Positions 37,865 to 50,105 of a DNA stretch of 64,000 nucleotides are shown piece by piece. Made by a program: the position numbers and the translations under genes. The notes beneath the pieces were generated by a model. It was not told the DNA's origin and made no database searches. It was given only the letters and a program-made list of their open reading frames with translations. Each line of letters begins with the position of its first letter. Position 1 is the first letter of the stretch. The stretch comes from Patellaria atrata CBS 101060 (Eukaryota), in the NCBI GenBank assembly GCA_010093705.1, contig MU006094.1, positions 595,550 through 659,549 on the forward strand. The letters are read 5' to 3'.

Positions 37865-39215
37865 ATGATGGAGAGTAAACTCCCTCCAGCAAAAGCTTCA
37901 AAAATCTCCTGAGAACATTCCGCGTAAGTTCTCCTTAAAGTAATCTTAAACATTGGTCGTCACTAACCAACTATCCAGAAAATTCTAAAGCTTTTTCTGG
38001 GTATCAGTGGACTTATTTCTCTTCACTACAAGAAGATCCGATCCGTTTACGATCGGAGTCCTTTATAGCATTCGTGAATTGGCCTGCACTCCTAGAGCGC
38101 GCATCCAAGAAGCGGAAAGGAACCAGCTGCATCCTCCTTCCTGACATTGGCATTGGCTATAATCATATGGTTCGGATTGTCCAATTTATAGATGGAGCGC
38201 GATGGGTAGCACGACTGCGACTACCTCCTTTAGCAAGAGCTGATTCTTATAAAGATGTTCTGGAGACCGTAGAGAAAATTGAATTCAACACAATTTCTCT
38301 TTTAAGACAGAGGAGCAGCGTACCTATTCTCAAAATCCATGGATTCGAGGCACGAAACGATTGTGACATGAAGGTATCGCTCATCTTAATGGAATGTTTG
38401 GAGGCAACGTTGGAATCGATTTGGGTATGAGCATACCGGGGGAGTATGAGCAAATATTCACGTAGGTTAAAGATCTGTATTCGGAATATAAATGGACAAT
38501 TGACCGGATCTTTTTTATTTTAGGTCCAGCTAGCCACGGTGCAATTTCCTAAGATCGGAACAATTGTCTCCATAAATGAAGACAGCACGTACCAGCAAGG
38601 TCCAATACCTGGGCTGGGTGGCCCTTTTGACACAGCGTCTGAGTTCTTTCAAGTATGGGCGGCTAAGACCAAGTTTGGTATTACGGACGAGCAACTACGA
38701 ACAGCATCCGGGAAATATGCTGATGAGATTGTTCTATCAATCTCGTCCTTCCCAAAATCCATTGGCGATTTAGCTGACCAACTAAGTGTCTGCGATCACG
38801 GACCATTTTCTCTCTGCGATGGTGATTTTGGCCACAACAATACTATTGTTGATGATAGATATCATATCCTCGGTGTAATCGACTGGGAAGTAGCCTTTGC
38901 TGCACCGTGGGATATATTTTCAGATTTCCCTCTGGCCTTTCAACAGTCCCACCTGCTATCGATGCCCCGTGGAACTACAACGAGGACGGCTGTCCTAAGA
39001 GCGCCAACCTCAGACAACAATTTGCAGACCAGAAAGAGTACGTAGCAGCTGTTGCAAGGTACGAAGAAATTAGGAGCGGAGGAAAGAACTGTTCTCTATC
39101 AAAATCGCTGGGAGATCTAAGAAGGCTGCAATTCGAGACTGCAATGAAGCTGTATGAGAATGGAAAGATTGGATGGTACTCCAAACTGATCGAGAATTTC
39201 GTCTCTCACAGCTAA
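37865..39215 (+). pseudogene. Aminoglycoside-phosphotransferase (APH)/kinase-like pseudogene
   Basis: GIGYNHMVRIVQF..WVARLR, ILMECL, FPKIG, GPFDTA, DGDFGHNN and GVIDWE. Frameshifts near 38403, 38450 and 38935 split it into three ORFs. Confidence 0.82.
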
Positions 39216-42070
39216 TATTTCAATGTCTGTGTCAAAACCCGTTAGAGCAAACCTATACCTAAAGGATTGCTTAAAGAGCTTCTAAAGGTAATACTTAAGG
39301 TGATGCTTTGTGGTGATACTTGAGATAGGTAATATTGAAATCGGAGTTGCTTAAGACGCATGTTGCTCACCGGTGTTGCTTGGGATAGGTGATGCGATAG
39401 ACATGCGCATCTGCCTCGCATCTTAGTTTCGTTTACTAATAGTGGAAAATCATTCGAGATCTATTACGGGACTGATTGAGGAGACTCCAAATAGAACTAC
39501 GGCCATCCCGGGAGGTCCGGTTTCGCATGTGTTCGATAACTCCGGCTAAGCATCACTTCCTCAGCTGTGTACTGACAGCAGCAGCTAATGCGAGAGAGAA
39601 AATCCGCACCCTGTACGTGAATGTAGCAACGCATTCTTGGTTGGTGGAATACACTGGACAAAAGCCTGGGTGTGTTTAATCGGCAGAAATTGCGTACAAT
39701 CTCAAAGCACATGTAACGTCCAATTTGCATATAGAGTAGTGCTGGTGCAGACTCTTCTGCAATCCTGTGAACGGGCACTGGATGCAGCTCGGGCTAGGTA
39801 AGAGATAACCCAGTTGTGATAAGACTGGTGAGGACGGTCAGTATTCATCTCAGACGTTCATTTAGAAGTCAGAACCGCAACCCAAGATCTTCGCTTATCT
39901 AGAACTACAGCCGGGACTTAAGGATCGGCCCATACCCCTACAAGGTATAAATCATTCCTGTATCCCTGGCACTAATATAGAATAGTTGTTAGTTTACTTA
40001 TCGCTGAACAAGAATGTAGGTTTGATTCCCCAATATACATACCGTGATAGACATGTATTATATACACCACTCTGACTTACTCAAATCTTAGCTAAAACAG
40101 CCGAAACTAGCTAAAGTCAGGGCTGACAGTTCCATGGCCAGCATAGCCCATTTTCTCATCCTGTATTTTCAATGGTATTTTTCCTAACGGTCTATAATAT
40201 TTTACGAAGCCTCTAGCAGCCATATTCTGGGAAAAAGGAAGAGAAGAAAAGACAGAATTTGACTAAGAAGCTCCTTTGTGACTGCTATGATAAGTATCAT
40301 CTTGAGATTCTCACTGTCATTATGTTTGTATTCCTCATCCTGCCTCTGGTTCGTCATGTTCGTAATATTCATTGTTCAACCTCTCAATTCCGGAATTTTC
40401 AGCCCCATGTTTGTAACTTTGATCATATAAGTTCTCCATGCTCTCAACATTTGCGATCCCCTCCATGGTCTTAGTAGTCTTGGCGTTTTTGGTCACTCTC
40501 GACATCATCGCTATCACCATCTGTGTTGATATTGTGGCCGTGTATGGATCTGTTCGACCCTAGCTATGGCCATATCAAGATTATGGCGTCTTGCCTGATC
40601 ACATGAAATAGTCTATAGTCCAAGGGTCGCGATCGAGTCCATAGAGCTATCTGCTGCTCGATACCATATGCATCGAGTTTCGTAACCCCGACCGTAAGAG
40701 CATTAGCTCCGCCGCTCGCCCCAAAGTATCCACCAGGTATCCTTAGACAAACAATATGGAGCCGCTCGGCGAAGTTCCCAACGTAGGATAACGCCCTGTC
40801 TCTAGCACTTTATATAATATTTCTAACAGTATTCGAGAAATTTCGATGCCTCCGAGAGCCATGACGCGCCGCCTGAAGGTCAGCTTACGTATCTGATTTG
40901 GGGAGAAGCATCAATGTTGGCAACACCTATACACCCTTCGACCCGAGGAGATGACGTTATGATACACGAGCGGGCACCGGGGGTGGACGAGACACAGCCA
41001 GCCAGGGGAACTAGGAAATCCCACCATAACCAGCAGGGAGCAAGCTCGAGGTGCAATCTGTCTCCGAATCACTGTTCATCGACCACCTTCAGACTACAAA
41101 TACCCAGAGCATGGATCTTTGCAGCACGCGCTTCGAGGGCGCGGTCCTCATTCCGCACGGCATCGTTATCATTCACACCTGCCGCTAAACAGTAGCGCCT
41201 CTTAATACTTTGACGTGACACCTATCCCTAACAATATGTTAGATGGTGAAGCTTACCATCGGGTAAATGTGATGCTGACTAGTGAAAATAGTGGTATAGA
41301 ATGTTAGCTTGAGATGTTGTGTCAAACTGTATTAAAACAGATCTCTTACACAACATGTATCTGTGTTGTTTTATCTGTTTCCTTAGATTCATGCTCGTCG
41401 TCATTTTTCTGTATATAAATAGTCTGTATCTCTCAGTAGTAGCAGATCAAGCGATATTCTCCGTGCACCTGCAGATCCAGTTTATCTCACATCCTCCGCG
41501 CTGGCATGGCAGTCGTTTCGATCTTATCTTATCTAGTTCGTGATGTTGTGATATAAGACATATAATCTATAAGAGTTCTCTACTCTTGCTTTAAATTTTT
41601 TAGTTAAGGAATCAACATTATCATTCATCTTGAATCGAGAGCTTCAAAGATCTCTAGTCATGTAATTCTATAGAGCATCTGGCCGTAGACCAAGTTCCCG
41701 ATTGGCCTGCATAATTCTCAACGTAAATATTATCAAAAAATTGGCCAGATTGTTATAAAATTTTCTACCAACAGTATCAAACACCCGAAAAGAGGCTTAT
41801 GTTACCACGAAATATACATAGTATTCTCTACCTGGATCGGTCAAGCAACTATTTCTTTTTGAGCTACCTTATTGATTTAGCAAGCTGGCACCTGGTTTTA
41901 ACCATATTAGATTTTTGCAGTTGCAAGCAGCCCTATTGTTATACCCAGCTCTACCTGTAGCGGATTGCAGAACTACGAAGAATCTAAATACATGTGTGAG
42001 AAGCATTCCTTGAATATTCCGTTCTTCATATCCCTGAATCATACTCTTCAATCTTGTACCTAAGTACTCT

Positions 42071-42661
42071 TTAGCCGAAGTAACCCTGAGCTTGTCTTCC
42101 TAGCGACTGCTGTCCAGCAGAATTTGCATGGCATCCATCTTGAACTTCACCGTTTCGCAATCTGAAAGGACCAGGATAGGTTACGTTCTGAGTCGCATCA
42201 GCTGCAGCCTGCTGAGCCATAGATTCCGTCAACTCGGGCCCATTCGCGCCGGCCAAGAAGCAGGACTGTCCTGGGTCATATAGTGGCTGTCCTGTGATGT
42301 AGATCTTGGCGTCAGGGGCAGCGTGCTGACGGGCGTTTGCAATGAGCTGCTTAACTTCGTTGTAATTCACGCCATTCTGCGCAAAGATACAGATTTGGAC
42401 CCAAACTTCGGTGGGTTTGCCGTTTTGCTGCGCTTGTCGATCAAATGCTTGCCAAGAGGCCGAGTTGGTATTTGTCCAAGACTGAACAACGGCGCCACCG
42501 GTGCCGTATGGACCCCACATTTTTTGTCCACCGATAGCCACGTAACCTTGGGCTACATTCTCGGCCATCGAGCAGCCGATGAAGCCCATAGTGCGTTGGG
42601 CAAGTGCAGCCGTCTCAAAAGTGAGGGTGGCTGCGAGGAATTGGATAGGAGAGAAACGCAT
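42071..42661 (-). CDS. Small secreted protein, SGNH-hydrolase-like
   Basis: Signal peptide MRFSPIQFLAATLTFETAALA; FIGCSM (GDS-like block I) and C-terminal DGCH (DxxH); intronless, 196 aa. Confidence 0.8.
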   Translation of the reverse strand: MRFSPIQFLAATLTFETAALAQRTMGFIGCSMAENVAQGYVAIGGQKMWGPYGTGGAVVQSWTNTNSASWQAFDRQAQQNGKPTEVWVQICIFAQNGVNYNEVKQLIANARQHAAPDAKIYITGQPLYDPGQSCFLAGANGPELTESMAQQAAADATQNVTYPGPFRLRNGEVQDGCHANSAGQQSLGRQAQGYFG

Positions 42662-44086
42662 GGTGATTGATAGTTCTTATTGCGAATATTTGCAAGATCT
42701 TATTTGTCAAGGAAGTTTTTGTTGCTGTTGTGCGTTGAAGATGCTCTCATCCGACTCCTTCACTCTGCTCTTTATATCCGTCACGGCCATTGGGGAAAAT
42801 AAAACGGCCCGTTTACTCCATCCGGTGTTCGCTGAGTTCAATTAGAAGAAATGAAAAACCTCTCTAAGTCTTTTTTGCATGTCCACTGATACGAAGCGGG
42901 GTTCCTGAAAATGTAAAAATCTCGCTGAAATTCGCAAGTTCGGTATACCTGAACGGGATTTTTGGAGTTCAGGTGTAGGAAATTGGGGAAGAGGAGTTCC
43001 TCGTTCTTTAACACCAACCGAGTTGCGAAACTATCAAAATGGTCATTTTACTCCTATTCCCCTTTCTAAGTCTGTATTCTTCTAACCAGTAATTGTAGCT
43101 ACCCTTGTCTAGGAAACTATGGATAGGTTACATAGACGAGCGGAGAGCTGTTTATTCATATTGAGCTGCTATGGCGGGACGGAATTTCCGGGTTAATCAG
43201 ATATCGGTAGTATATAACGGTAGTGCGAAACAGGTTGTCGGTAGTGACAACGGTAATGAATTATACACGCCCGGTAGCGAATAACGGTAACTGTGGGGAA
43301 GTTGCAGTTTCAGGGGCAAAATATGGAAGTGAGACTTGGTAATTGAATAGGTATGGAATGATGGCAGTATAGCACAATTATTGATCCTATCCAATACCAC
43401 ATTTCTGCTCGACATTGTGTAGAGGCTCTGAGAATGAATCATCCCGAAATGTTAGGACGGAGGCCGAGATCACCCGATATTTCTCATCTCTTAATGCATC
43501 AGAATGTGTGGGCCCATCGAAAGGTATGTGTAGCCGTCGAGAACGAGTCTATACTGTATTTCTACAGTGAGTGAAAATGTTGTAACAGAGCGGGAAGCGG
43601 GCAGAGCGGAGCGGAGAAGATTTACTGCCAAGATGGCGCACGAAACGCTAACCCATATTTAGTTTAACGTTAGACCGCTAAGCGAAAGCTCCCACAACCT
43701 ACGAAAGTTTTGAACGACAACGCTTCCAACGGTAAATCCACGACATCAACGATAACAATCATTGCTTGGTGAAGTGTTCAAAGGCATAGGTCAGTACCAT
43801 ACCGGCGAACATCTGCAATCGCACTGCTCGAGAGCGACTGGATATTACGACACACGACTTGTCGACCGTTGCGCACTTCCTTCTGCTGCTATGGGATGAA
43901 ATCTCGAGCGCTACTGATTCCTTACTACAGAATCAAAGGAATTTGTCGCAAATATCTTGAATAGTCGCGTAATATCTGGTTCTCAAAGAGCTTGCGTTCC
44001 CTTCGCCTTCATATTATATCCAATTGCTCGTCATGATTTAGATACTAACATTCTCACCACCATAGTCCGCTTCATCAACCGCAATC

Positions 44087-44795
44087 ATGGGGTATGCCTG
44101 ATCCTACATTCTCATCTCTATTTACTAACCACCTTGTAGTATCTCTCGTGACTCCCGTCACAAGCGTGCGGCCACTGGTGCCAAACGCGCATACTATCGT
44201 AAGAAGAGGTATGCATAAACCCGATTGCATCTGCAACCTTCGTCAGTCTTACTGACTCCGGTACAGAGCTTTCGAGAAGGGTCGCCAGCCCGCCAACACT
44301 CGTCTTGGTGCAAAGCGTATCCATCTTGTCCGCACCCGCGGCGGCAACCGCAAATTTCGCGCCCTCCGTCTCGATTCCGGCAACTTCTCGTGGGGATCTG
44401 AAGGCATTGCCCGCAAGGTCCGCGTCATCGGCGTCGTCTACCATCCTTCTAACAACGAACTCGTCCGTACCAACACACTCACCAAATCCGCCGTCGTCCA
44501 AATCGATGCTGCTCCTTTCAGACAATGGTATGAGGCACATTACGGTACCGGCTTAGGTCGCAGGAGGCAGCAGAAGACCGAGTCCACAGAGGAGAAGAAG
44601 AGCAAGAGCGTAGAGAAGAAGCAGGCTGCACGTCTAAAAGCGGTTGGCAAGGTTGAGCCTGCTTTGGAGAGGCAGTTCGAGGCCAGTCGTTTGTACGCAG
44701 TTGTTTCGTCAAGGCCAGGCCAGAGCGGACGTTGCGATGGTTATATCTTGGAGGGTGATGAGTTGGCGTTCTACCAGCGTGCTATCAGGAAGTAG
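44087..44795 (+). CDS. RPS8: 40S ribosomal protein S8 (eS8)
   Basis: [39 protein letters not shown]...[15 protein letters not shown]; two CDS introns plus a probable 5'UTR intron at 43790-44065. Confidence 0.97.
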
Positions 44796-45478
44796 AGGTG
44801 ATATCTTAACTATGTATACTCTACTATGGCAGGGTTTAGGGATGATTCTGCGTTTCAATGGTTATCGTGGTAAAACGTGTCTATGAACGAAATCGAATAA
44901 GTGAATCACTATCTGGTCTATTTGAATACCCAGCTCACATAGCAGCATGAGCTAATCTCCCCAATTTGTACTGCTCGGCTGGACTGCGTATATTTCGCGG
45001 ATATGTTTCAAAAGTATAGGACCGCATGCTTCCAATCAAGACTTCCTCCGAACTCAAAAGTGGTAATAGTGGGCCTAGTACGACTATAGTACACGAAACA
45101 CTGCGGCGCTTAGATAGGCTGTTCCCGTCCCAGTGATCGCACGGTAAGAATCAAATGCTAAAGGCCTGCTGGAACATCAACCATGTCGCTTTAGATGAGA
45201 TCCCTTCAACCACCAACCTATAACCCCCATAAACGCCAAAGTGTATTTTGGAAATGCGACACTAGTCAGTAGACTCTTCGACCTACGGAAGAGCGGTTAG
45301 AACAGACATCTTGCCATATACTGAAGATTTGATGCCTAGTTGAAGCGTTCAACTCGGGGTAGACCGCCTGACTAATGGTGGCCCTAATGAGAAGTATTTT
45401 TTTCCATGTTCTAGTCGGGATATTAGGGCGTGATTATTACCACAGGAAACGGGTGTTTCGAGATATCATCATGCTATC

Positions 45479-48400
45479 TTAATTGGGAGATACCTGCCCG
45501 CCAAATATACTCAGTGAGAGAGATCGATCAGCTGAAGCGGAACTCCCGAGACTATTCTGTTGGCTTGTCGGTATTGAATCGGATAGGCCCTGTGGTGTAC
45601 TCTGTGGAGTTGAATGACTTCCTGGTATTGGACTTTCAAAAAGATCTGAAACGTTCAACTCTGTTGCGGGCGTAGCAGGTGGACCTCTAATCGGGACCGT
45701 CTTTTGCTTCTTTGCTCTTGCGGGGGTTCTCTTAGTCTCTCCATCCTGCTGATTTCTCTTCTTCGTCTGGGCCGTCTCTCCCCTTATAGCTCTATCAACA
45801 TCAATCCCCTCAATCTTGACATCCCCTCTTCCTTCTCTTCCAAAGATTTGCTGAGGGACCGCTAATTTGGCCATCTGTGCTTCACCCTGCCCTTCCACTG
45901 GATCGAAAGGGATGACTTTCGCGTTTTGAATGATATCAGTAATCTTGAAATCATCCTCCAGGTTCTTAGCCTCCTGGTGGTCTTTCCTCGTCATCGCTTT
46001 CGCACGTTGGAAGATCGCCTCCTCAATAGTACCCTTCAAGACCAATGTCTCGACCTCTACAGGCCGGGTTTGCCCAATACGATGTGCACGTTTGATAGCC
46101 TGCGCCTCAATACCTGGTCGATTGCAGGGGTTGAGGAAGAAAACGCGAGATGCTGCATTTACATTGAGACCGAGCGCACCGCTCCGGATGTCCATAAGGA
46201 GGACGCGGATAGTAGGATCCATGTTGAAGGCGACAATGTATTTGGAGCGTGTTTCTGCTCTAAGAGTATTTGCGTAGATTAGGTGTTTGATGTGGAGCAG
46301 TTCCAGACATTGAGCGATGTAATATGCAGCATTCTCTCCATCGTAGAAGACCAGAATTTTCTCCGCACGCTCGAGTCCAATGATCCGGCCGAGGAGATAA
46401 CTAATTTTAGCGGAAGTTGTGCCAATTACGTGAGAATTTCGAAGTGGAGACTCGGAAGGCAAGACGAATTTATCAAGTTCCGCTCGCTTCTTGCCACGTA
46501 TAGCTGTAATTTTCGCAGGGAGATTCATTTCTTGAGGCTCCTCTGTAGATTGATTAGACCATTGCTGTCGAGACTTTTTTGGACTCTTCGCTGCTGCGTG
46601 GATTTTTGCAGCTACTGGGGTCTCATCTACGCAGGAGATAGGAATAGAAGCGCTAAGCTGCCCTCCCTGGTTCTTGTCATCGTCTGAATCATAGTTGCTG
46701 TACGCTTGAGCGATTACTGTTTCTCCGAATTCTTTTAGGCCCTTGGTGGGTTCGACAGCAGTTATCTTGGTGTTAACAAATATCTGCGCTTGCAAAAGGT
46801 GGTAGATTCCTACGAGCATTGGTTGAACGACACCGCCTAAGGCCCATGAATGGCAAGATTGATCAGGCCACTTATCGACGAAAACACCTAACTCATGTGT
46901 CCTTCCCAAAGCTTTCCAACCAGGGCAGTCAAGAACAGCTCCTGCAAGTTTCATGCTTTCCTGGAGAAGTTTACGATCTTCTGGTGAGCACCTCGTATTT
47001 TCCTTTTCGAGGTAGGAAGTCGAAACACTAAGTGTACCCTGAACATCCTTTTCTCTAAATCCTGTCCAGATAATATTACTCTGACGAAGATTGGCAAGCA
47101 AATGAGCTCGAGGTTTCGTATTCTTTCTGTGGAATAGGTAATCTCCGTCTGTCCGCTCGCTTGTAATGGCATTTGACCGGAGAACTTGAATGAACAGATT
47201 AGCGGTCATTTTGTCATGAAATGAAGGCTCGAGATAGGTTGTATGATGGGTTAATGGGGGTAAAGTGATGTCTCTCTCAACATCACATGGTCGTGTTTTG
47301 ACAACTAAGCTGGAAAGTACTTTTCGCATCACACAAGAAAAACCCGAATAGGTTTTCCTTTGACGGTCTTCATGCCAATAAACATAATCTTCCCATTCCG
47401 CCGCACCTTCTGTAGATCGCGTCCAGGGGTGGACCTTCAGGAAATTTGAAGCCAGTAGACCGAGACTTTTCACAGCCCCAGCGTCTTCTTGAAAATCAAA
47501 TGATTTCCTTTCATCTATTGCTCTTTCACGTAAAGCTTCAGCATCTAAAGAATCCTCTATTCCATTTTTCAGCAAATCGACTTCAACACCAAGAAGGTCC
47601 TTAGCGGGTGTCCCGGTAATGACCCAACGCCTGTCTGCTGTTACTAGTTCTTTACCGACGAAAACTGCTGCAGAATTGGACGAGGAAAATCCATGTCCTT
47701 CATCAATAATAATTCGAAGGAAATGAAGATATTTCAGAGGCGAAGTGTATATTTCGTCGGCTTTGAGACATCGACAGTCCCGTATCCGAGATGCCCCGAT
47801 ATATTCACAGTTGCAAGTGGTGACAGACTTTTTTGAGAGGCGACGACCTTGACTGTCAGTACCATCCCGAACCTCTTGTTCGAACCTAGGCCGACTGAAA
47901 ATAATCAAATCAAACTCTGCGAGTTTACTCGGGCTTGGAAGAGGATCACCCGGTTTATCAATGACGATGGTCTTTAATGCGTTGTCCTCAACATGATCCT
48001 TCAATTGGAGCTGCCATTGGTGTACCAGGTTTCGAGGGACAACGACAATCGTTCCGCTACAAATCTGCACTTGTCGCGGTGCATATTTGCGCTGTCCCCT
48101 AACCAAGCGGACTGGTTCGACAGGAATGGAATAAGTAGCGGGACATTGATCTAGCTCTTTGATACATTGCATCATCTCTTCTCCAGTTCTAGCTTCTATC
48201 TTTCTCAAGGCAGCACGAGCAGGTATAGAATGCTTGTTGATAGTTGAAATAGTCATATTCACTAGGCTTGCCGCCACTGGACGACGAGCTAGGGATTGCT
48301 GATACTGAGATGGAATATTCGGCAGATGGTACTGTGTAGAAAGTATCACAGCAAGACATATCAGAGTTTTTCCCAGTCCCTGCTTTAATCAGACTAAGCT

Positions 48401-49306
48401 TTACTAAGAGAGTCATAAGGAACCTACCATAGTCTCTGCTAGAATGCCGCCCTTATTCGACTCGTAGTATCTTGGTGTACTCAAAAAGGAAACATCTCTC
48501 GGATTGTAATAATATACTTTACGCATGGGACTTGTTCGTTCATGAAGACGTGGGTCTAACTCTAGAACGGGTTCCGCTTCCCTCTGGACCATGAGAGCTG
48601 CAGAACGTGCTTGGTAGGGATACAAGAGTGTCTTGAGGCCCGGAATATGTATCTTATGGTTTAACAAATCATTGATAGCGCACCTCGAGAACCGGTTCCG
48701 CACCTTAGTAGCATCCGGAGAAGGTGATTCGAGCTTATTGAAGAGAAAGAATAGTGATCGATCTTCAAAGGTTCCCCAAACATTAAACATCTGCACGCAA
48801 TCCGGCATGGGAGCGCCATGCCAGGTATTTGGGGAAACATCGAGTCTTCCAATAAGATGGTGCAATGCTGATCTCAATAATCTTCCGTCGCGGGATGACT
48901 GATTGCGGTAAACATCATCCGGTAGAATGTAGACACGAATGATGATTTGATGATTTGTGAAGAGTCTATTCAAGTTGATGAACAGTCTGACGCAGTCTGC
49001 ATCCAATAGCTTTTGAACATCAACATTCAACGGTTCAGAGATATTGACTAAACCAAAGGTTTCCCGGTCGACCTCTTTCCAGTGAGCTGAATCGATATTT
49101 GCGTCATATTCATCGTGCCAGGTTAGTTCTATGTCCGGTGAAAGGTTTACTCGAAAGGTAGAATGATGCAAACATCCTACCGGTATGTAATCACGCAGTG
49201 CTGGACGTCGACTTCGATTTAGACATGCCGCGGGTCTAACCTTGGAGGATGAATCAGACGGAGAATCTTTCAGCGCGTCACTTTGGCTCAGATGAAAGCT
49301 ATCCAT
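45479..49306 (-). CDS. SNF2-family ATPase/helicase (Rad5/16-like subgroup)
   Basis: LYPYQ, GGILAETM|GLGKT (intron 48380-48427), IIIDEGH, RWVITGTP, GLNVNAASRVF and EAQAIKRAHRIGQ. Confidence 0.92.
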
Positions 49307-49816
49307 CTGATAAATTCACCCCGACTCTATAACGAAAATTGAATTTAGTAGTCAACATTGGCGAATTTTTGGCTTTATCGACGCGACGGGACGTGAGGCA
49401 GCCATTTAAGGGTCCGTGCACTATTTTCTCTTTTCCATCCTTGCAACCCCTTAAGTTGGGAGAGTATATTTTTTTAATCCATTGTATTGCATTATCTACA
49501 ATACTACGCATGCAGCCTCTTGGGCTATAGCGCTACTCTTCTATCTACATAAATCCCTATTCTAGGGCAATAATATGTCTAGTGAGAGTGTCTGGGGATT
49601 GAAGCTCCCCAGTTGTTCAAACTTTGCGGTCTAATCCAAGCATTAGAAAAACTGAACCAACTCCACTATATCCTTTGCTCTTCAATTCCCTGCATTATAT
49701 ATCGATCTAGTTTTTCCCCTGTATGCTATCATTTTGAATATGTTTCTTGTTCTTCTTCATTGATTTCTTTTTTATGTAGCAGCCAGTTAGCTGTTGAGAT
49801 TTGTGTACTATGTATT

Positions 49817-50105
49817 GGGAGAGTATACGGACAATTCAAAACGCACTTTTAGACCTAAGCTAACTGCAGGACTACTATATACCCAGAGGAGGTATCTAGT
49901 AAGAATATCTATACGGATAATTTATTATTCTATACAAAGATACTCGTGTCTATTTTCTCAACGCGATATTATATTTTGCTATAGAACACGTAAGGTATTA
50001 TCCGTATGGGGATTCCTGCCATAGATAACTCCTCTAGCGTATACAGTAGTCGTACAGTTAGCTCGGGCCTAAAAGTACGTTTTGAAGTGTCTGTATACTT
50101 TCCCC
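49817..50105. mobile_element. Non-autonomous fold-back / MITE-like element with long inverted arms
   Basis: Left arm GAGTATACGGACAATTCAAAACGCACTTTTAGACCTAAGCTAACTG... matches the reverse complement of the right arm (AAGTATACAGACACTTCAAAACGTACTTTTAGGCCCGAGCTAACTG...) for over 100 bp; mismatches are mostly transitions. Confidence 0.8.

Noticed and set aside
39285..39400. Degenerate ~15-bp repeats (GGTGATRCTT-like)
   Set aside because: Too degenerate to define units; not CRISPR-like.
43860..43920. Box C/D snoRNA in the RPS8 leader intron (GGGATGA...CTGA)
   Set aside because: The C box is non-consensus and the spacing too short; no rRNA guide could be verified.
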